Positions 37,224-47,564 are shown, counted from the first letter of the stretch. The stretch: DNA of 64,000 nt from Verrucomicrobiaceae bacterium (GCA_051252135.1 JBPOGH010000002.1:32001-96000), one strand, 5' to 3'. Notes: generated by a model not told the origin, from the sequence alone. Numbers and translations: made by a program.

Positions 37224-38594
37224 ATGATGAACTACCCAAGAATTCGAGCACTGGTGGCCGGCGCAGGATGCGCCAGTATGATCGCCGGGGTTGCTCTCGT
37301 GGGAGCGGAGGAGGCCGTCCCGGCAGCGAACCCGAAGGTTCAGCCCGAGGTGGCGATGACGGTGCACGAGTGGGGAACCTTTACGGTGCTTCAGGGTTCC
37401 GACGGTGGTCCGGTTGAGTGGTATCAGGCGCCGAAGGACGTCGTCGATCTGCCGGCCTTTGTCCGTAAAGCGGGAGCGCTGAGTAAATCCGGCCCCTTGA
37501 TTGGGCGCGATCTCGTGCGGATGGAGACGCCGGTGCTTTATTTTTATCCGGAGGGTGACCAGGCGATCGAGATCACGGTGAGTGCCTCTCTCAAAGATGG
37601 CCGTATTACCGAGATTTTTCCACCGGCGTATCTTTCGAGTCCGAAAAAGACCGTGTGGCAGGGGACCTTGTTTCCGCCCGACTCGCCCGAGCTGAAAAAA
37701 GTCCCGGCGGCGGACGGTCCGCGTGGTCGTCACTACGCCGCTGCTCGAGCTGTTCCCGATGCCTGGTTGTTTCAGGGCAAGGAGCATCCCATGGCTCTTG
37801 AAATGTATGAAATCATGAGAAAGGTCGATCCGAAGCACCACCTGTTGCCCGCCGTCGCGCCGATCGATCACTTCATTTTTTATCGGGGAGCCGGCAATCC
37901 CAAGCGCTTTGGGATTTCTGTGCGACAGGATCTCAAGGAGCCGAACAAGTATATTATCCACAATGCCGATCAAGCGACGGTTCCGAAGCTCTTTGCACTG
38001 CGGGTTCGGGACGGCAAAAGCTCGTGGTTTGCGTTGAGTGATCTTGCGACTGCGAAATACGACCGGGCGGCGAAGGGCATGGTGAATACGCAAAGCGTCA
38101 TTTTTCCGGAACCGGAGCAAGCGGTCTCCGAGGTGGCCGGAGAGCTCCGCGTCGCGATGATCGCGACCTTGATCGACGAAGGTCTGACTCCGGACGAGGC
38201 GGCTGCGATGGTGGCAACCTGGGACGACCTTTGGTTCACCGAGCCGGGCACGCGGGTGCTGGCGGTCCTGCCACAGAGTGTTGCCGACGCGATGGTGCCG
38301 CTGGAGATAGAGCCGAAGCCGAGTAAGATTGAGCGCGTTTTCGTGGCGAGGCTCGAGCTGATTTCCCGGGCGAAGGAAGCCCGGCTTGTGGAGCTGCTCA
38401 ATCAACCTGACGCCCTTGCCAATGACCTTGCTGCGGATGCGAAGCAGCTCGTGGATATTGAACTCGGCCGGTATTCTTCCGGAGGGATGGAGCGCGCGAT
38501 GGAACTGGTGAACGACGAGATGCGCCGAAGGTTCCACGCCCTTGACGAGGCGAAGCCGGACCAAGAAGCCACGAAGGTGACTTTGGCGCGATAG
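37224..38594 (+). CDS. Secreted hypothetical protein (VHEWGTFT / METPVLYFY motifs)
   Basis: Long ORF with signal peptide, divergent from the ECF gene; also FIFYRG, GL..DEA.AM..TW...WF and RVFV.R.E. Confidence 0.75.
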   Translation: MMNYPRIRALVAGAGCASMIAGVALVGAEEAVPAANPKVQPEVAMTVHEWGTFTVLQGSDGGPVEWYQAPKDVVDLPAFVRKAGALSKSGPLIGRDLVRMETPVLYFYPEGDQAIEITVSASLKDGRITEIFPPAYLSSPKKTVWQGTLFPPDSPELKKVPAADGPRGRHYAAARAVPDAWLFQGKEHPMALEMYEIMRKVDPKHHLLPAVAPIDHFIFYRGAGNPKRFGISVRQDLKEPNKYIIHNADQATVPKLFALRVRDGKSSWFALSDLATAKYDRAAKGMVNTQSVIFPEPEQAVSEVAGELRVAMIATLIDEGLTPDEAAAMVATWDDLWFTEPGTRVLAVLPQSVADAMVPLEIEPKPSKIERVFVARLELISRAKEARLVELLNQPDALANDLAADAKQLVDIELGRYSSGGMERAMELVNDEMRRRFHALDEAKPDQEATKVTLAR

Positions 38595-38703
38595 AGCGGG
38601 GGCATGCCGAACTTTCGACGACGGGTTCCTTTGATGGATGGGACCGCTTGTGTGCTGGCGGTGGGAGCCGGGTGAACGGATGCAGGGGTTGGTTCGGGGA
38701 TGC

Positions 38704-39408
38704 CTACTCTTTGGAATCCTTGGTCAGGGCGTCCCTGATGGCTTTGGCGACCTGGTTTGCGAGGAGCTGCGAGCCTTCGGGTTTGAAGTGCACATCGCCG
38801 GGTTTGACTGTGAGTTGGGGCATTTTTTCTGCCATGAGGTCGTGGAGGTCGTTGATTTGGATTTGGTGCTTCTTCATCACTTCGAGGGCGGCCCGGTTGT
38901 AGAGCAGGTCGTCTCCCGGCTTGCGCCCTGCTTCGCCATCGGGGACCGGGGTGGTGGTGGCGAAGATGAGAGTGGCTCCGGTTTTCCGGAGGCGCTGGAC
39001 GAGTTTTTCGAGATTGGCGGCGTAGTCCGGAACGCTGTGGGTCACTGTTCCGTTCACCTTGTCGCGCTTCCCTTGGACCTTCGATTCGGGGTGGCGGTAG
39101 CAGAGGTCATGCAGGCCCCAGTTGAAGTGAATGACATCCCACTTTGTCTTTCCGAGCCATTTGTCGATGTTCGCAAGTCCTTTGCCGGTGGGTCCGCCGT
39201 TGGTCGGGATGCGGTGGACGTTGGCGATGCCTTTTAGCTTTTCGCGGGTCGGCAAGGTGTAGCCGATGGAGATGGAATCGCCGATGAGGAGGACACGGGG
39301 GAGGGCGGGGTCGTCTTTGATGGGGGTCATGGGGCCGGCTTTTTTTTGGGCGAAGCCGGGCAAGCTGAGGAGGGCGAGGCAGAGAATGGTTTGAATGGCG
39401 GTCTTCAT
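38704..39408 (-). CDS. SGNH/GDSL hydrolase
   Basis: Signal peptide; IGDSIS, FNWGLHD, DVHF. Confidence 0.92.
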   Translation of the reverse strand: MKTAIQTILCLALLSLPGFAQKKAGPMTPIKDDPALPRVLLIGDSISIGYTLPTREKLKGIANVHRIPTNGGPTGKGLANIDKWLGKTKWDVIHFNWGLHDLCYRHPESKVQGKRDKVNGTVTHSVPDYAANLEKLVQRLRKTGATLIFATTTPVPDGEAGRKPGDDLLYNRAALEVMKKHQIQINDLHDLMAEKMPQLTVKPGDVHFKPEGSQLLANQVAKAIRDALTKDSKE

Positions 39409-39505
39409 CTTGAAATTGTGTGCTTTGGGTGGGATCAGGTCAAACCCACTGAACCTTGATGATGCGGGTGGTTATGTGAGGAGCGAGATCGTTGGTTGTC
39501 CCGGC

Positions 39506-40498
39506 CTAGAGTTGGGTTCCTTCGAGCGGGGGTTGGCCATTGCCGAGGCGGCGGAGGTTTTCGCAGGTGGTTTGGGCGATCTGGGTGAGGGCCTCGGCGG
39601 TGAGGAAGGCCTGGTGGGAGGTGATGAGGACGTTGGGAAAGGTGAGGAGGCGGGTGAGGTCGTCATCGTGGAGGATTTCTCCGGAGAGGTCCTCGAAGAA
39701 GACGCCTTCCTCTTCTTCGTAGACGTCGAGGGCGACGCCGCGGAGGTGGCCGGATTTGAGGGCCTGGATGAGGGCCTTGGTGCTGATGAGCTTGCCGCGG
39801 CCGGTGTTGATGAGGGTGCTGCCTTTTTTCATGAGCGCGAGGGCGTCGGCATCGATGAGGTGGTGGGTATCGGGGGTGAGGGGGAGGTGGAGCGAGATGA
39901 CGTCGGATTTTTTCAAAAGCTCATCGACGGGGGTGGGTTGGATTTGGTGGGCGGCGGCCCAGTCTTGGTCGAGGTGGGGGTCGTAGGCGGTGACGTGGCA
40001 GCCGAAGCCGCGGAAGATTTCGGCGGTGATGCGCCCGATTTTTCCGCAGCCGATGATGCCGACGGTCTTGCCGTGGAGGTCGAACCCGACGAGTCCGGCG
40101 AGGGAGAAATTGTGATCGCGGACGCGGTGGTAGGCGCGGTGGATTTGGCGGTTGAGGGAGAGGAGGAGGGCGAGGGTGTGCTCGGCGACGGCGTGGGGCG
40201 AGTAGGCGGGGACGCGGGTGACGGTGAAGCCCAGTTCGCGGGCGGCATCGAGGTCGACGTTATTGAATCCGGCGCAGCGGAGGGTGAGGGTGCTGATGCC
40301 CTGTTCTTTCAGGGCGAGGAGGGTTTCGCGGTCGGCGAGGTCATTGACGAAGAGGCAGACGGCATGGCAGTCGTGCGCGAGGGGGGCGGTGCGGGCGGAG
40401 AGTCGTTCGGCAAAGAAGGAGAGGCTGAGGTCATCAGCTGCCCTTGAGAGGTATTCCCGATCATAGGATTTGGTATCAAAAATGGCGACTGAGATCAT
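39506..40498 (-). CDS. ldhA: D-lactate dehydrogenase-like D-2-hydroxyacid dehydrogenase
   Basis: LRCAGFNNVD, RVPAYSP.AVAEH, G.GKIG, LINTGRG, LDVYEEE, TSHQAFLT. Confidence 0.9.
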   Translation of the reverse strand: MISVAIFDTKSYDREYLSRAADDLSLSFFAERLSARTAPLAHDCHAVCLFVNDLADRETLLALKEQGISTLTLRCAGFNNVDLDAARELGFTVTRVPAYSPHAVAEHTLALLLSLNRQIHRAYHRVRDHNFSLAGLVGFDLHGKTVGIIGCGKIGRITAEIFRGFGCHVTAYDPHLDQDWAAAHQIQPTPVDELLKKSDVISLHLPLTPDTHHLIDADALALMKKGSTLINTGRGKLISTKALIQALKSGHLRGVALDVYEEEEGVFFEDLSGEILHDDDLTRLLTFPNVLITSHQAFLTAEALTQIAQTTCENLRRLGNGQPPLEGTQL

Positions 40499-40632
40499 GG
40501 GGGGAGGGTATCGGGACGGGGGGGTGAATCCAGTCAGGAATCGCGGTGGGGCGGGTAGCGGGAGGGATTTGGTGGCGGGGCAGGGGGATTGATCACTTGA
40601 GTTTTGGGCGTAATTTGGGGATGCTGTTTTTT

Positions 40633-41151
40633 ATGAAGGCGATTTTGCTCTCCTGTGTTGCGTTGTTTTTGGCTGCTTGTGCGGGGTCCTCGGGGCCGCC
40701 GTCGCGGGAGGTGGGATGGCGGGCGCCGGGGCTGATGGCTCCGGATCAGGAGGGGAATCAGTTGAGTGTAAAGGCGCGGACGTCGGGTCCGTGGGCGGTG
40801 GTGTTCTTTTATCCGAAGGCGGATACACCGGGATGAATCAAGCAAGTGAAGTCGCTGCGGTCTGCATTTGCGACGTTGTCCCAACATCAAATCAAGGTCA
40901 CCGGCGTGTCGATGGATACGGTGGCGGAGCAGAAGGCGTTTTCTGACAAGTTCGCGTTACCGTTTCCGCTGTTGGCGGACACCTCCGGGGCGGTTTGTGA
41001 TGCCTTTGGGGTGAAGCATCCCGAGAGCAAGCCGGCGCGGGAGACTTTTCTTTTTCGGAATGGTCGGCTGGTGAACCACGATCGGGCGGTGAATCCGAGG
41101 TCGCAGGCGAATGATGTGCTGCGGAAGATTGAGGAATTGAGTGCGCAGTAG
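40633..41151 (+). CDS. bcp: BCP/PrxQ-type peroxiredoxin lipoprotein, probable selenoprotein (UGA at 40834-40836)
   Basis: ORFs 40546-40836 and 40846-41151 are in frame. Read through, FFYPKADTPG-UGA-IKQ places UGA at the peroxidatic Cys position. GVSMD, FPLLAD and RETFL follow. Lipobox LAAC. Confidence 0.85.
40851..40874 (+). promoter_or_regulatory. Bacterial SECIS-like hairpin
   Basis: GTCGC-TGC-[GGTCT]-GCA-TTT-GCGAC with the loop 22 nt after the UGA; the apical part resembles the E. coli fdhF SECIS (UGCAGGUCUGCA). Confidence 0.7.
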
Positions 41152-41208
41152 AGGTCGACTCCAGACTTGCCATTTGTATGGCAGGATTCAGTCTATCGGC
41201 CTTTCGAT

Positions 41209-42288
41209 ATGAGTGAATTCCACGTTGTTCCGGCAGATAAGCATGATGTTTTGGTAAAGGCAGCCTATGAGGCCCGCGGTTATGATGCCGAGGAGTCGGC
41301 GGTGGCGGCCGAGGTTTGCAAGGATGCGACGCGTCACGGGATTCGGACGCACAATGCGCTGAAGGCGCTTCATTTGGATCATCTCTTTGGTTCGGAGAAG
41401 GGCGGCTGTGTTCCGGGAGCGCAGATTGAGGTGGTGAATTCACGCTTCAAGGCGAGCGAGGTCTGGAAGGCGAACAAGAAGCTGGGTCAGGCGGTGGCGG
41501 TGGCGGCGATGGATCGCTGCATGGAATTGGCTGATGAGTATGGCGTGGGCCAGGTGGCGGTGGATGATGCGTTCCACTATCTCTGGGGTGGTGGTTATGT
41601 GATGAAGGCGGCCGAGAAGGGATATATTGCTTACACGAACTGCACGTCGACTCTGGCGGAGGTGGTTCCGTTTTTTGGAAAGCATCCGACGCTGGGAACG
41701 AATCCGCATTCGTGGGGATTCCCGACGCAGGATGCGAACGGGTTTCCGATTGTGATTGATTGGGCGACCTCGACGGTGGCGATGGGCCGGGTGCAGCAGC
41801 TGAAGCGTGAGGGGAAGGAGCTTCCTCCGAATGCGGCGGTGGATGCGGACGGCAATCCGACGAACGATCCGAACAAGGTGGCGGCGCTTCTGCCCTTTGG
41901 CGCGCACAAGGGATACGGGATGGCTCTCATCAATGAGATTGTGGGTGGCTACATTGGCGGAAGCCTGCCGACGGAGCGGGGTCGTGAGGGCGAGAAGACG
42001 ACGACGTGTTTTTACTTCCAGGTGATTCATCCCGATGCGTGGTCGAGTGGCCAGTTTGTGGGTGGGGCGTCACAGGCGGGCAATGTGAAGGCAGTGCTTG
42101 ATGATATTTTGGGTCACGGCAATGAGAACTGTCTCCTGCCGGGCCAGATGGAGGCGGAGTTCCGCAAGCGCACTGATGCGAGTGGCGGGCTTCTTTTCTC
42201 GGCAGCGGAAATCGCGGAATTCAAGGAGCTCGCTGATGAGGTCGGGATTTCGGGATGGGAGCTGGAAAACTTCCCAGCCGAGGCATAG
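41209..42288 (+). CDS. Ldh_2 family (type 2 malate/L-lactate dehydrogenase-like) oxidoreductase
   Basis: GIRTH, LGTNP, ID.ATS.VA.G, D.DGNPT.DP, LLPFGAHKGYG. Confidence 0.88.
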   Translation: MSEFHVVPADKHDVLVKAAYEARGYDAEESAVAAEVCKDATRHGIRTHNALKALHLDHLFGSEKGGCVPGAQIEVVNSRFKASEVWKANKKLGQAVAVAAMDRCMELADEYGVGQVAVDDAFHYLWGGGYVMKAAEKGYIAYTNCTSTLAEVVPFFGKHPTLGTNPHSWGFPTQDANGFPIVIDWATSTVAMGRVQQLKREGKELPPNAAVDADGNPTNDPNKVAALLPFGAHKGYGMALINEIVGGYIGGSLPTERGREGEKTTTCFYFQVIHPDAWSSGQFVGGASQAGNVKAVLDDILGHGNENCLLPGQMEAEFRKRTDASGGLLFSAAEIAEFKELADEVGISGWELENFPAEA

Positions 42289-42297
42289 ATTCACGCC

Positions 42298-42561
42298 ATG
42301 CCAAACTACGATTATCGCTGCCAGAAGTGCGATCACATCTTCGAGGTCTTTCAGAGCATGAATGACGCGAAGCTGACGGATTGCCCCGTGGAGGGATGTG
42401 ATGGTGAGGTGAAGCGTCTGCTGGGCACGGGAGCAGGTCTTATTTTTAAGGGGACCGGCTTCTACCAAACTGATTATCGTTCTGAATCCTACAAGGCGGG
42501 CGAGAAGAAGGCGGCGGAATCGAGTCGACCTAAATCCGAGTCGAAAAAGAAGGACTCGTGA
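42298..42561 (+). CDS. FmdB-family zinc-ribbon protein
   Basis: MPNYDYRCQKC.H.FE..QSM, CP..GC, FKGTGFYQTDY. Confidence 0.93.
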   Translation: MPNYDYRCQKCDHIFEVFQSMNDAKLTDCPVEGCDGEVKRLLGTGAGLIFKGTGFYQTDYRSESYKAGEKKAAESSRPKSESKKKDS

Positions 42562-42603
42562 TGGGAGCTTGTCACCGGAGCGGTGATAGGTGAACCTGCG
42601 CCC

Positions 42604-43269
42604 ATGGAAAATCGTGGCAAGACGCTGAAGCGTTTGTTTCTTTTGGTCGCCTTTTTGTTGGTCGCGGGCTTGGGGCTCGGGGTGTATCTGAGCTTTCAGC
42701 CGCAGGACCTGACGACATTGGCGGGCTATGCGGAAGATGATCGCGACGAGCGGGTCACGGACGTGCCCGGGTTGATCGAGATTGCGGCGAAGAATCGTCA
42801 GCCGGTGACCATTTCCGAACGGCAGATCAATAGCTGGTTGGCTGCGAACCTAAAGGTGAAGCAGGAGGGGACTTTTGCGGATGATGCGGAGCTCAAGGGC
42901 GTGTGGGTGCGTCTCGACGAAGAAGAGGGTGGTCGTGCGGAAATTATTGTGGAGCGGGTGGCATATGGGCGGGTGCACACTTCATCGATGTATCTCCGTT
43001 TTCAGCGGAAGAAGAAAGAAGACGAATCATACACCACGACGGTGAGTAAAGAGGGGGGTCGCTTTTTGGGGGCGGTGTTGATTGGCGGCCGTTTTGGTAA
43101 GCTGAAAGTGCCGCAGGGATTCCTCTTGTTTACGCAGGACGCCTACAAGACTTTGGGCGGATTGTTCGAGGAGGAATACCGTTACATTTCGGAAGAGATC
43201 ATCACCAAAGGTGGTGGCCGCATCGTGTTCGAAGACAAGAAGATGCGGATCGATTTCCCGGAGGATTAA
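42604..43269 (+). CDS. Membrane-anchored hypothetical protein (target of the island insertion)
   Basis: N-terminal TM helix, ISE.QIN.WL motif; its last ~41 codons are duplicated at 51276-51400. Confidence 0.8.
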   Translation: MENRGKTLKRLFLLVAFLLVAGLGLGVYLSFQPQDLTTLAGYAEDDRDERVTDVPGLIEIAAKNRQPVTISERQINSWLAANLKVKQEGTFADDAELKGVWVRLDEEEGGRAEIIVERVAYGRVHTSSMYLRFQRKKKEDESYTTTVSKEGGRFLGAVLIGGRFGKLKVPQGFLLFTQDAYKTLGGLFEEEYRYISEEIITKGGGRIVFEDKKMRIDFPED

Positions 43270-43270
43270 T
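43145..43270 (+). repeat. Direct repeat, left copy (126 bp)
   Basis: Matches 51276-51401 except GAA/GAG (43233/51364) and TAA/TGA (43268/51399). Confidence 0.97.
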
Positions 43271-43472
43271 CGGGAGTCTTGAACTTCAGGGGTGCTTTTC
43301 CTGTCCCGCCGTATGTCAAAACAGAATTGCAGATCGGTCGGGTTGGGAAGTTGAGGGAGTCTCGAGGTTATCGGCTCTTGGATTCCGCGTCTTAGATTGA
43401 TGCGGTAATCGAAAATGATTGCCACGATGGATGACTTCTTGTGACTTTCGCTGTGTGTGGGTCTTCTTTCGT

Positions 43473-45425
43473 GTGCTGCTGAAACAGATAGTTACGTGGT
43501 TTTTTCTGCTCTGCGGCACCGTTTTGGGAGATCCGGTGAAGGACGCAGAAAGAGAAGGTGACCGTGTTATCCAGACGGTTGCTGAAACGGTTTTTTCCAG
43601 TTGTCGAGGGTATTATGATGCTCCGTTTAATCTGGTGATCAGTTGTGCGACTCCAGGAGCGAAAATTATCTACACTGAAGATGGAAGTTTTCCTTCTATA
43701 CAACATGGTTTGAGCGGGAGCGAGAGTGAGCCGATGACATTGTTGATTTCTGGAACCACGGTTGTGCGTGCTGTCGCGGTGAGGGAGGGGCTGGCATCTT
43801 CAGATGTGGAGACCCACACCTATTTGTTTCGGGAGGATGTTGTGAGACAGAGATGGGGAGAGGGTCGTTCTGAAGTTCTGGATGTAGAGCTGGACCAGCG
43901 ACTGGTGAATGATCCTTTGGTGTTGGGAAAGATAATGAAGTCGTTCTTGCGTTGCCCAACGGTTTCAGTGGTGACTCCTTATGGTGAGATGTTTGGGTCG
44001 GAAGGGATCTATTCGAATCCCAAGGAGTCTGGAGAGGATTGGGAGAGACCTTGTTCTTTTGAATGGATTTCAGACTTTAAGAAAGGAAAGCAAGTAAATT
44101 GCGGGGTTAGAATTCAGGGGGCATCAAGTCGTGAGGTTTCACCGAAGCATTCTTTCCGGCTTAGTTTTAAGTCCAAGTTTGGAGCCAAGAAATTTGTAGC
44201 AAAGGTCTTTCCTGGCAGCCCGGTAGCGGAATTTGATTCTTTGGTTCTTCGGAATCCTACCCAGGACTCTTGGACGGTGGATCAGTCTCTTTGGCGGGCC
44301 GATGCACGTTATGTGAACGATATGTGGGCAGCCGAAACGCAGAGGGAGATGGGGCACTTGGCTCCTCGCCATCGATGGGTGCATCTATTTCTGAATGGGC
44401 TCTACTGGGGGATTTACGATCTATGTGAACGGCCAGATGAGCATTTTGCGGCGGCGCACCTTGGTGGTGGCGAGGATGACTATGATGTGTTCAATACCGG
44501 GCGATTACGGCATGGGACAAGGGAGAACTGGAGCAGGGCGCATGCGTTGGTACGGTCCAAAGAGATGGCGGGTCGTGCTGTCTATGAAGAGGCTGAGAAG
44601 TTGGTCGATCTGGAGTGTCTGGTAGACTATTTTCTCCTCAACATTTACATGGGGAATATTGATTGGCCGCAGAAGAATTATTGGCTGGTTGGGGGGAGAG
44701 GGGCAGAGCCGCGATTTCGATTCGTAAGTTGGGATGCTGAGATTGGTTTCTTTAAGCAATGGGAGCACCCCCGGAATCGTGATCAGTTGAGCGCGTTGGA
44801 TTTTGATCCCTTGTCAGGACACAATGCGTTTTTAATGGCAAGTCACGGGGCAGGGTATTATTTTATCCGGCTTAAGAAAAATAAGGAGTTTCGGGTTAAT
44901 CTGGCGGATCGGATTTATCATCACATGAGGAAAGGAGGAGCACTGAGCTCTTCTGAGGCAGCTATGCGGTATCGTGCATTGATTCGTGAGGTCGAGCCGC
45001 TTCTTTTCCTTGAGTCTGCAAGATGGGGCGACCTTTATTCTGAGGAAGTGTTAGGCCCGCATACGAAAAAATGGATTGAGCATACGGGAGAAGATAGTTG
45101 GCTATTTGAGGAGTTTTTTCCAAATCGAAGCGAGAGGTTGAAGGGTCATTTTCGCAGGGCGGGTCTTTATCCTCTTGTGGACGCTCCTCTCATCGAGCAG
45201 CAATCCGATGGGAAAATTCTGGTTAAGAATCCTAACGATGGAGGGGAGATTTATTATACTTCTGATGGTGAGGACCCCCGGGAACGATGGGGAGGGAAGG
45301 CGCTAGGGATACGGAGCCGTGAAGATGTGGTCATTGGTCATCAGAATCAGCTTTTGGTGCGTGTCCTAAAAGAAGGGGAGTGGAGTCCACTGGTGGTTCG
45401 TAAGCGTGAGGGAGCGTCTGAATAA
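43473..45425 (+). CDS. CotH-kinase-family protein with chitobiase/FN3-associated domains
   Basis: IIYTEDGS.P and IYYTSDG.DP domains, WERP.S.E, G.RIQG..SR, PKHSFRL, LFLNG.YWG.Y.L.ER, DWPQKNY, WDAE. Start uncertain. Confidence 0.85.
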   Translation: MLLKQIVTWFFLLCGTVLGDPVKDAEREGDRVIQTVAETVFSSCRGYYDAPFNLVISCATPGAKIIYTEDGSFPSIQHGLSGSESEPMTLLISGTTVVRAVAVREGLASSDVETHTYLFREDVVRQRWGEGRSEVLDVELDQRLVNDPLVLGKIMKSFLRCPTVSVVTPYGEMFGSEGIYSNPKESGEDWERPCSFEWISDFKKGKQVNCGVRIQGASSREVSPKHSFRLSFKSKFGAKKFVAKVFPGSPVAEFDSLVLRNPTQDSWTVDQSLWRADARYVNDMWAAETQREMGHLAPRHRWVHLFLNGLYWGIYDLCERPDEHFAAAHLGGGEDDYDVFNTGRLRHGTRENWSRAHALVRSKEMAGRAVYEEAEKLVDLECLVDYFLLNIYMGNIDWPQKNYWLVGGRGAEPRFRFVSWDAEIGFFKQWEHPRNRDQLSALDFDPLSGHNAFLMASHGAGYYFIRLKKNKEFRVNLADRIYHHMRKGGALSSSEAAMRYRALIREVEPLLFLESARWGDLYSEEVLGPHTKKWIEHTGEDSWLFEEFFPNRSERLKGHFRRAGLYPLVDAPLIEQQSDGKILVKNPNDGGEIYYTSDGEDPRERWGGKALGIRSREDVVIGHQNQLLVRVLKEGEWSPLVVRKREGASE

Positions 45426-45732
45426 TCTCAAAGGGTTTTTCTGATTTTGGGGCTTGGAAAGAAAGCTGTTCAGTTTGGAAATGTTTCGCCATTCCGCAAT
45501 CTTGTTTAGATTGAATCATAGAGCCTTCGAAGCATTCCCCTGGCCTTTTCAGACATCATAATTAGATGAGGTGCGATTGTCTGTTTCTTGTAGGGTTTTA
45601 TCTGGGGAACAGGGCGCGCGCATTTATACCAGTTTGGTAAAGTTCTTTTGCATAGTGCGTTGGGGTGAGGTGGGTCTTGGAGGCCATTTTTGTGTTGATT
45701 GTGGCGTGGGGGAGGGTAGCTACGATATAGAA

Positions 45733-46758
45733 ATGAAAAAGGAATCGATTTTCAGTTGGATGTCTCTTTTTCTGACATCTGGGAGTCTATTGGGGGTTGA
45801 GTTTGAGACCTCGAAACCGGTGGGGTTTGAAACGATTAGCTATGGTGCTGGCTTTACGGCGATTGGCTTACGGTATCACGAAGCTGTGGTGAGCGGTGGA
45901 GTGACTACCTCTTCAACAGCGTCTTCAATTTCGGTGGCGGGGGTGGATTTTTCAGCGTTGCTCGATTCCCAAAAGGAATATGTTCTAGAGATTGAGACTG
46001 CAGAGGGGGCGATTCAGGTGGTGAATTCTTGGTCGGGTTCCACGATTGTGACTCCTTCAGATGTATCGGGACTGATTACCGCTGGAACAACGACCTATTC
46101 GCTGAGGCCGGTCTCGACACTTGCGAGTGTCTTTGGGGCGACTTCTGCGGAGGTGACTTTGGCAAAGGGCGGGGGCGGGTCGGGAGGGACGGATCAGGTT
46201 TGGATTTCTGATGGGGCGGGTGGGTATTTGAAGTATTATTTTGATGAGTATGCGCCGCCGAATTATAATGTGCAGGCGTGGGTAGAAATTGGATCGGGAA
46301 TTGTGGATCCTGCAACGGTCAATCTCGTCTATGCGGATGGGTTTTTGATCAATTCTCAGGCGGGTGGTGGGACGATTCCAGTGGGGGGAAGTCTGAAGCT
46401 GATGCCGACTGAATTAAGGTTACTCAATGGTTATACATTTGTGAGTTCCATGGTGCCCGGGCTGGCGACGCTTGAGACCGCGTTTCCTGATGGTGGGAAT
46501 TTGATGGGAGGAGGTGGGCAGCCAAATGGAGCACATCAAATTTGGATTCCAAATGGGGCAGCTAGTTATGAAAAATACTATTTCGATTACTTTGCACCTC
46601 CAGGGTATGGATCTCCAAGTTGGGTCTATTTAGAGCCTGACGGTTCCTTGACCGCAGTTGATGGCGCGACGGTTACGCTCCCATCAGGATATGTGATCTC
46701 AGCTCCCTCTGCGGGTAATGTGACGCAGGGCGTGCCTTCGTTTTTCTCTTCACTCTAG
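45733..46758 (+). CDS. Secreted TIGR02597-like Verrucomicrobia protein
   Basis: Signal peptide then the S.PVGF motif; two internal repeats (TL..VFG/AFP...GGG...DQ.W...KYYFD..APP.Y...WV). Family call from recall. Confidence 0.6.
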   Translation: MKKESIFSWMSLFLTSGSLLGVEFETSKPVGFETISYGAGFTAIGLRYHEAVVSGGVTTSSTASSISVAGVDFSALLDSQKEYVLEIETAEGAIQVVNSWSGSTIVTPSDVSGLITAGTTTYSLRPVSTLASVFGATSAEVTLAKGGGGSGGTDQVWISDGAGGYLKYYFDEYAPPNYNVQAWVEIGSGIVDPATVNLVYADGFLINSQAGGGTIPVGGSLKLMPTELRLLNGYTFVSSMVPGLATLETAFPDGGNLMGGGGQPNGAHQIWIPNGAASYEKYYFDYFAPPGYGSPSWVYLEPDGSLTAVDGATVTLPSGYVISAPSAGNVTQGVPSFFSSL

Positions 46759-46771
46759 TCAGTTTTAATTC

Positions 46772-47560
46772 ATGAAAATTTTTAATCTTACGATTACAGG
46801 GTTCTTGGCCTTAATTCTGGTAGGGGCGGGGCAATCTGTAGATGAAAAGGTGCCGCTTAAAGATCTTCCTGTGGTCAGGGAAAAGGTGGTGGAGCAGGGG
46901 GGGCGCCGGATTTTTTTTCAGGAGGTGAATCTTCCCTCGGTTGACCAAAAGAGAAGAGCAAAGGGAAGAGGGGGGCTCATGAGCCGTTCGGGGACATTGC
47001 CCTGGTGGAAGATTCCAACCACCGAGGTGGAGAAGAGGCATTATCAGGTAACGGCTACGGTCTATGATGAGAGGATCACTTTACTGAGCTGGAGGTCGAC
47101 GGAGCCGGGAGAGGATGGTGTTTTTTCCTGTTGGTCGAATGTAAACTGGAAAGAGCTGGTGGGATTGGACGAGGTGGCGGGTCCAAACTATGAATTTTCG
47201 TTTTTTCTGTTTGTGAGCGAGGCGAGAGGGGCACAAATGGGGCGTGAGGGGAAGATGAGTGACGGTGTCGAGGTCCCGAACCTTCCCGATCTTGAAAAAG
47301 GAGGAGCGCGGTATTTGTTGACGGCGGGGAATCGGGATGATGAGGCTGGCATTGAATTTATGGAGACTTTGCACGCGCTTCATGATGGACAGAAACAGCA
47401 CCTCCGGGCGGCTCATCGAGCGCGTAAGATCGCGGAGCTCTATCGGTCGAGAGAAATTAAACGAGGATCACCTCAGCCGAAGGCTGAGGATGTGGTCATT
47501 CGATTCCGCCAAGTGTCTGCGGAAGAGGTAAAGGAAATTCAAGTCAAGCGTGGACGTTAA
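46772..47560 (+). CDS. Secreted hypothetical protein
   Basis: Signal peptide; ATVYD...T.L.W, WSNV, LH.L.D, basic helical tail with DVVIRF; 13 bp after the previous gene. Confidence 0.75.
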   Translation: MKIFNLTITGFLALILVGAGQSVDEKVPLKDLPVVREKVVEQGGRRIFFQEVNLPSVDQKRRAKGRGGLMSRSGTLPWWKIPTTEVEKRHYQVTATVYDERITLLSWRSTEPGEDGVFSCWSNVNWKELVGLDEVAGPNYEFSFFLFVSEARGAQMGREGKMSDGVEVPNLPDLEKGGARYLLTAGNRDDEAGIEFMETLHALHDGQKQHLRAAHRARKIAELYRSREIKRGSPQPKAEDVVIRFRQVSAEEVKEIQVKRGR

Positions 47561-47564
47561 GATT

